From Octopus bimaculoides (lineage: Eukaryota), in the NCBI RefSeq assembly GCF_001194135.2, contig NC_068996.1, forward strand, positions 51,724,929-51,788,928: a stretch of DNA of 64,000 nucleotides, in the 5' to 3' direction. Both the position numbers and the translations under genes were made by a program. Shown here in pieces: positions 62,153-64,000 of the stretch. Below the pieces are notes generated by a model that searched no databases, was not told where the DNA came from, and saw nothing but the letters and a program-made list of their open reading frames with translations. The first letter of the stretch is position 1, and each line of letters starts with the position of its first letter.

Positions 62153-64000
62153 TGGAAATATAAATAACATATGAAGTACATTGTTTATTTGAGTACTAGT
62201 GTACTTTTATTTTTCTGCAGGTCTGGTTTGGGAAGATTCTGATAACAGGCCTCACACATGTGGAGATGAACGTATAGTTGTTCAAACTCAACATCAGCTA
62301 CATCATTATCACTCAACTAAGAGAACATATAAAGGTTTAAAAGAAACACATGTGCAACTAAACACAAATGAAAATTAATGGAAAGCATTAATGCCCAATG
62401 GTTCCTTCTACACAAGCATATAATATGAGTAAATAGATACCCCCCCCCCCCATTATACTGTTTTTATCTGTGTAGACACTCCTCATTAGTAGGCTGCCCA
62501 AATGGGTTAAATTGCTAAAAACTGCGCAAGGCATGTCTACTAAATACTAGATTAAGTATTTAGATGCATCAAATGACATTATTTGGTTTCTAGGAATAAA
62601 TATTTTTTAAAATGGTGTCAAATTACTTTTGAGATATCTGTGTATATTTTAGTGAAAGCCAAGAACTCAAATTGAACATACACACCTTTCAAAGTGTGCA
62701 TATTCAAATTGAATATACACACCTCTTCAAAAGGTGTACATTTTTATCTAGATATATCAAATCACAACATTCTTGCTAGCAAAGATCTAACAAAACAAGA
62801 ATGTTATTTGTGTAGGTAGTTTCATAAACGTACTTTCATTAAGCTTCTATGCTAAAGACATTAAGCCAATTAATCAGGACTTAATTCAGCATAACTTAAA
62901 TAACCTGAAAACAACTAAACTTATTTAACATCATCAATTTAATAATGTAAGTGGATATAATAAATAGGATTATTATTATAACTTCCCATTCCATTTCTGT
63001 GAATCCACAGATAAAAACTATTGCTTTTATCATTCAAAACATTTATTAACTCTTAACGGCTAGTAGGACATGAATACGCCCGACACAGCATATAATTGTC
63101 AGTTGTAGACTGCTCCAATGAAAAGCACTCTAGTTAACATGTTTTAAAGCAAATAATGAACTCTCTAATCTGAAGGAGAAAAAATTTAATTCCTTCTTCA
63201 TTTATTTACATTCTAGAACATTTGCTATAAAAAAATCAATGCATGTATTGCTGAACTTTTTAGAGTTTATTTTTTACCAAAACTATCATCTGTAAACAGG
63301 GCATGTTGTTTATGAAGGAAGTAACTCAGCTTACCTGTAAATTTCATGAGAAAGGTGCAAAAATGTCAAGGGACAAACATTTTCGTTTGCATGTTAAAGT
63401 CTGCTAATAAGTGCATTTAATTCATTACAAACATCTTTTATTTATTACTGTATGTTCTTTTATTTATTATTTATAGTACAAATGAGTTTGCCTTTTTAGG
63501 ATAATACCAATTTTCACAACAGTCTAATCACAATTAAATACACTATAAGCATTTGAATAAACCCAATTAGGTTTTTCTGCTCAGTCTTTACAAGAACAAG
63601 CATTTGACTTGGGAAATGCCCACTTTTCCAAGTTCACATGGGTCAGACAATTTGTTGAGGCTAATTTTTCTCTGACTGGATGCTCTCTTCCTGTTGCTAA
63701 CCCTCATCTGTGTCCATGTAAGGTAATATTTTTACATGACCAGACATGTTTTTATGGAAGATTTGAAACAAATCATACCACTTGTAAGACAGTGATGCTT
63801 ATCTACAAGTGTCATGTCATGTTAAAGGCAAAAAGACAACACACAGATATATATGACAGGCTTCTTTCAGTTTCCATTGTACAGAGGCATTGTCTTACAC
63901 CCGAATACCCTCCATGCTGCTCACTCATACCTGTTTTTCAAGTACACAAGACCTCACAGTTCACAGCTCTTTGAGGGTGCAAAGCCAGCAGACAATTTGT

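Noticed and set aside
63046-63145. piggyBac-like left end (TTAA|CTCTTAACGG)
   Set aside because: No matching right TIR with TTAA was found.
1-64000. CRISPR array, rRNA or prokaryotic/viral insert
   Set aside because: No regularly spaced repeat-spacer array, rRNA-like sequence or gene-dense intronless segment was seen.

Overview
AT-rich, repeat-dense animal genomic DNA, most likely from an octopus (coleoid cephalopod), judged from the SINE/RTE-tail repeat families and abundant (TA)n/(CA)n tracts. It has three assembly gaps. The window holds one complete protein-coding gene on the minus strand: a 13-coding-exon SLC6 Na+/Cl- dependent solute transporter (CDS 54443 to 17169, 2040 nt, 679 aa) of the GABA/taurine/creatine branch, resembling molluscan 'taurine transporters' and CT1. 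Every junction is GT-AG and phases are consistent. The rest is transposon-derived: a Ty3/Gypsy-type LTR with a tRNA-Trp PBS at the left edge, CR1, RTE and Penelope remnants, mariner and maT/Tc1 elements, Helitrons, a hAT MITE and many tRNA-derived SINEs. I found no clear new biological system. The best leads are a candidate 21-nt in-frame microexon before exon 10, a stop-free 3n intron 2, atypical TM3/TM10 residues, a 46-bp intronic hairpin with A:C mismatches, an inverted SINE pair bracketing exons 10-11, a templated-insertion scar, and an unusually long and repeated tRNA-Trp PBS.
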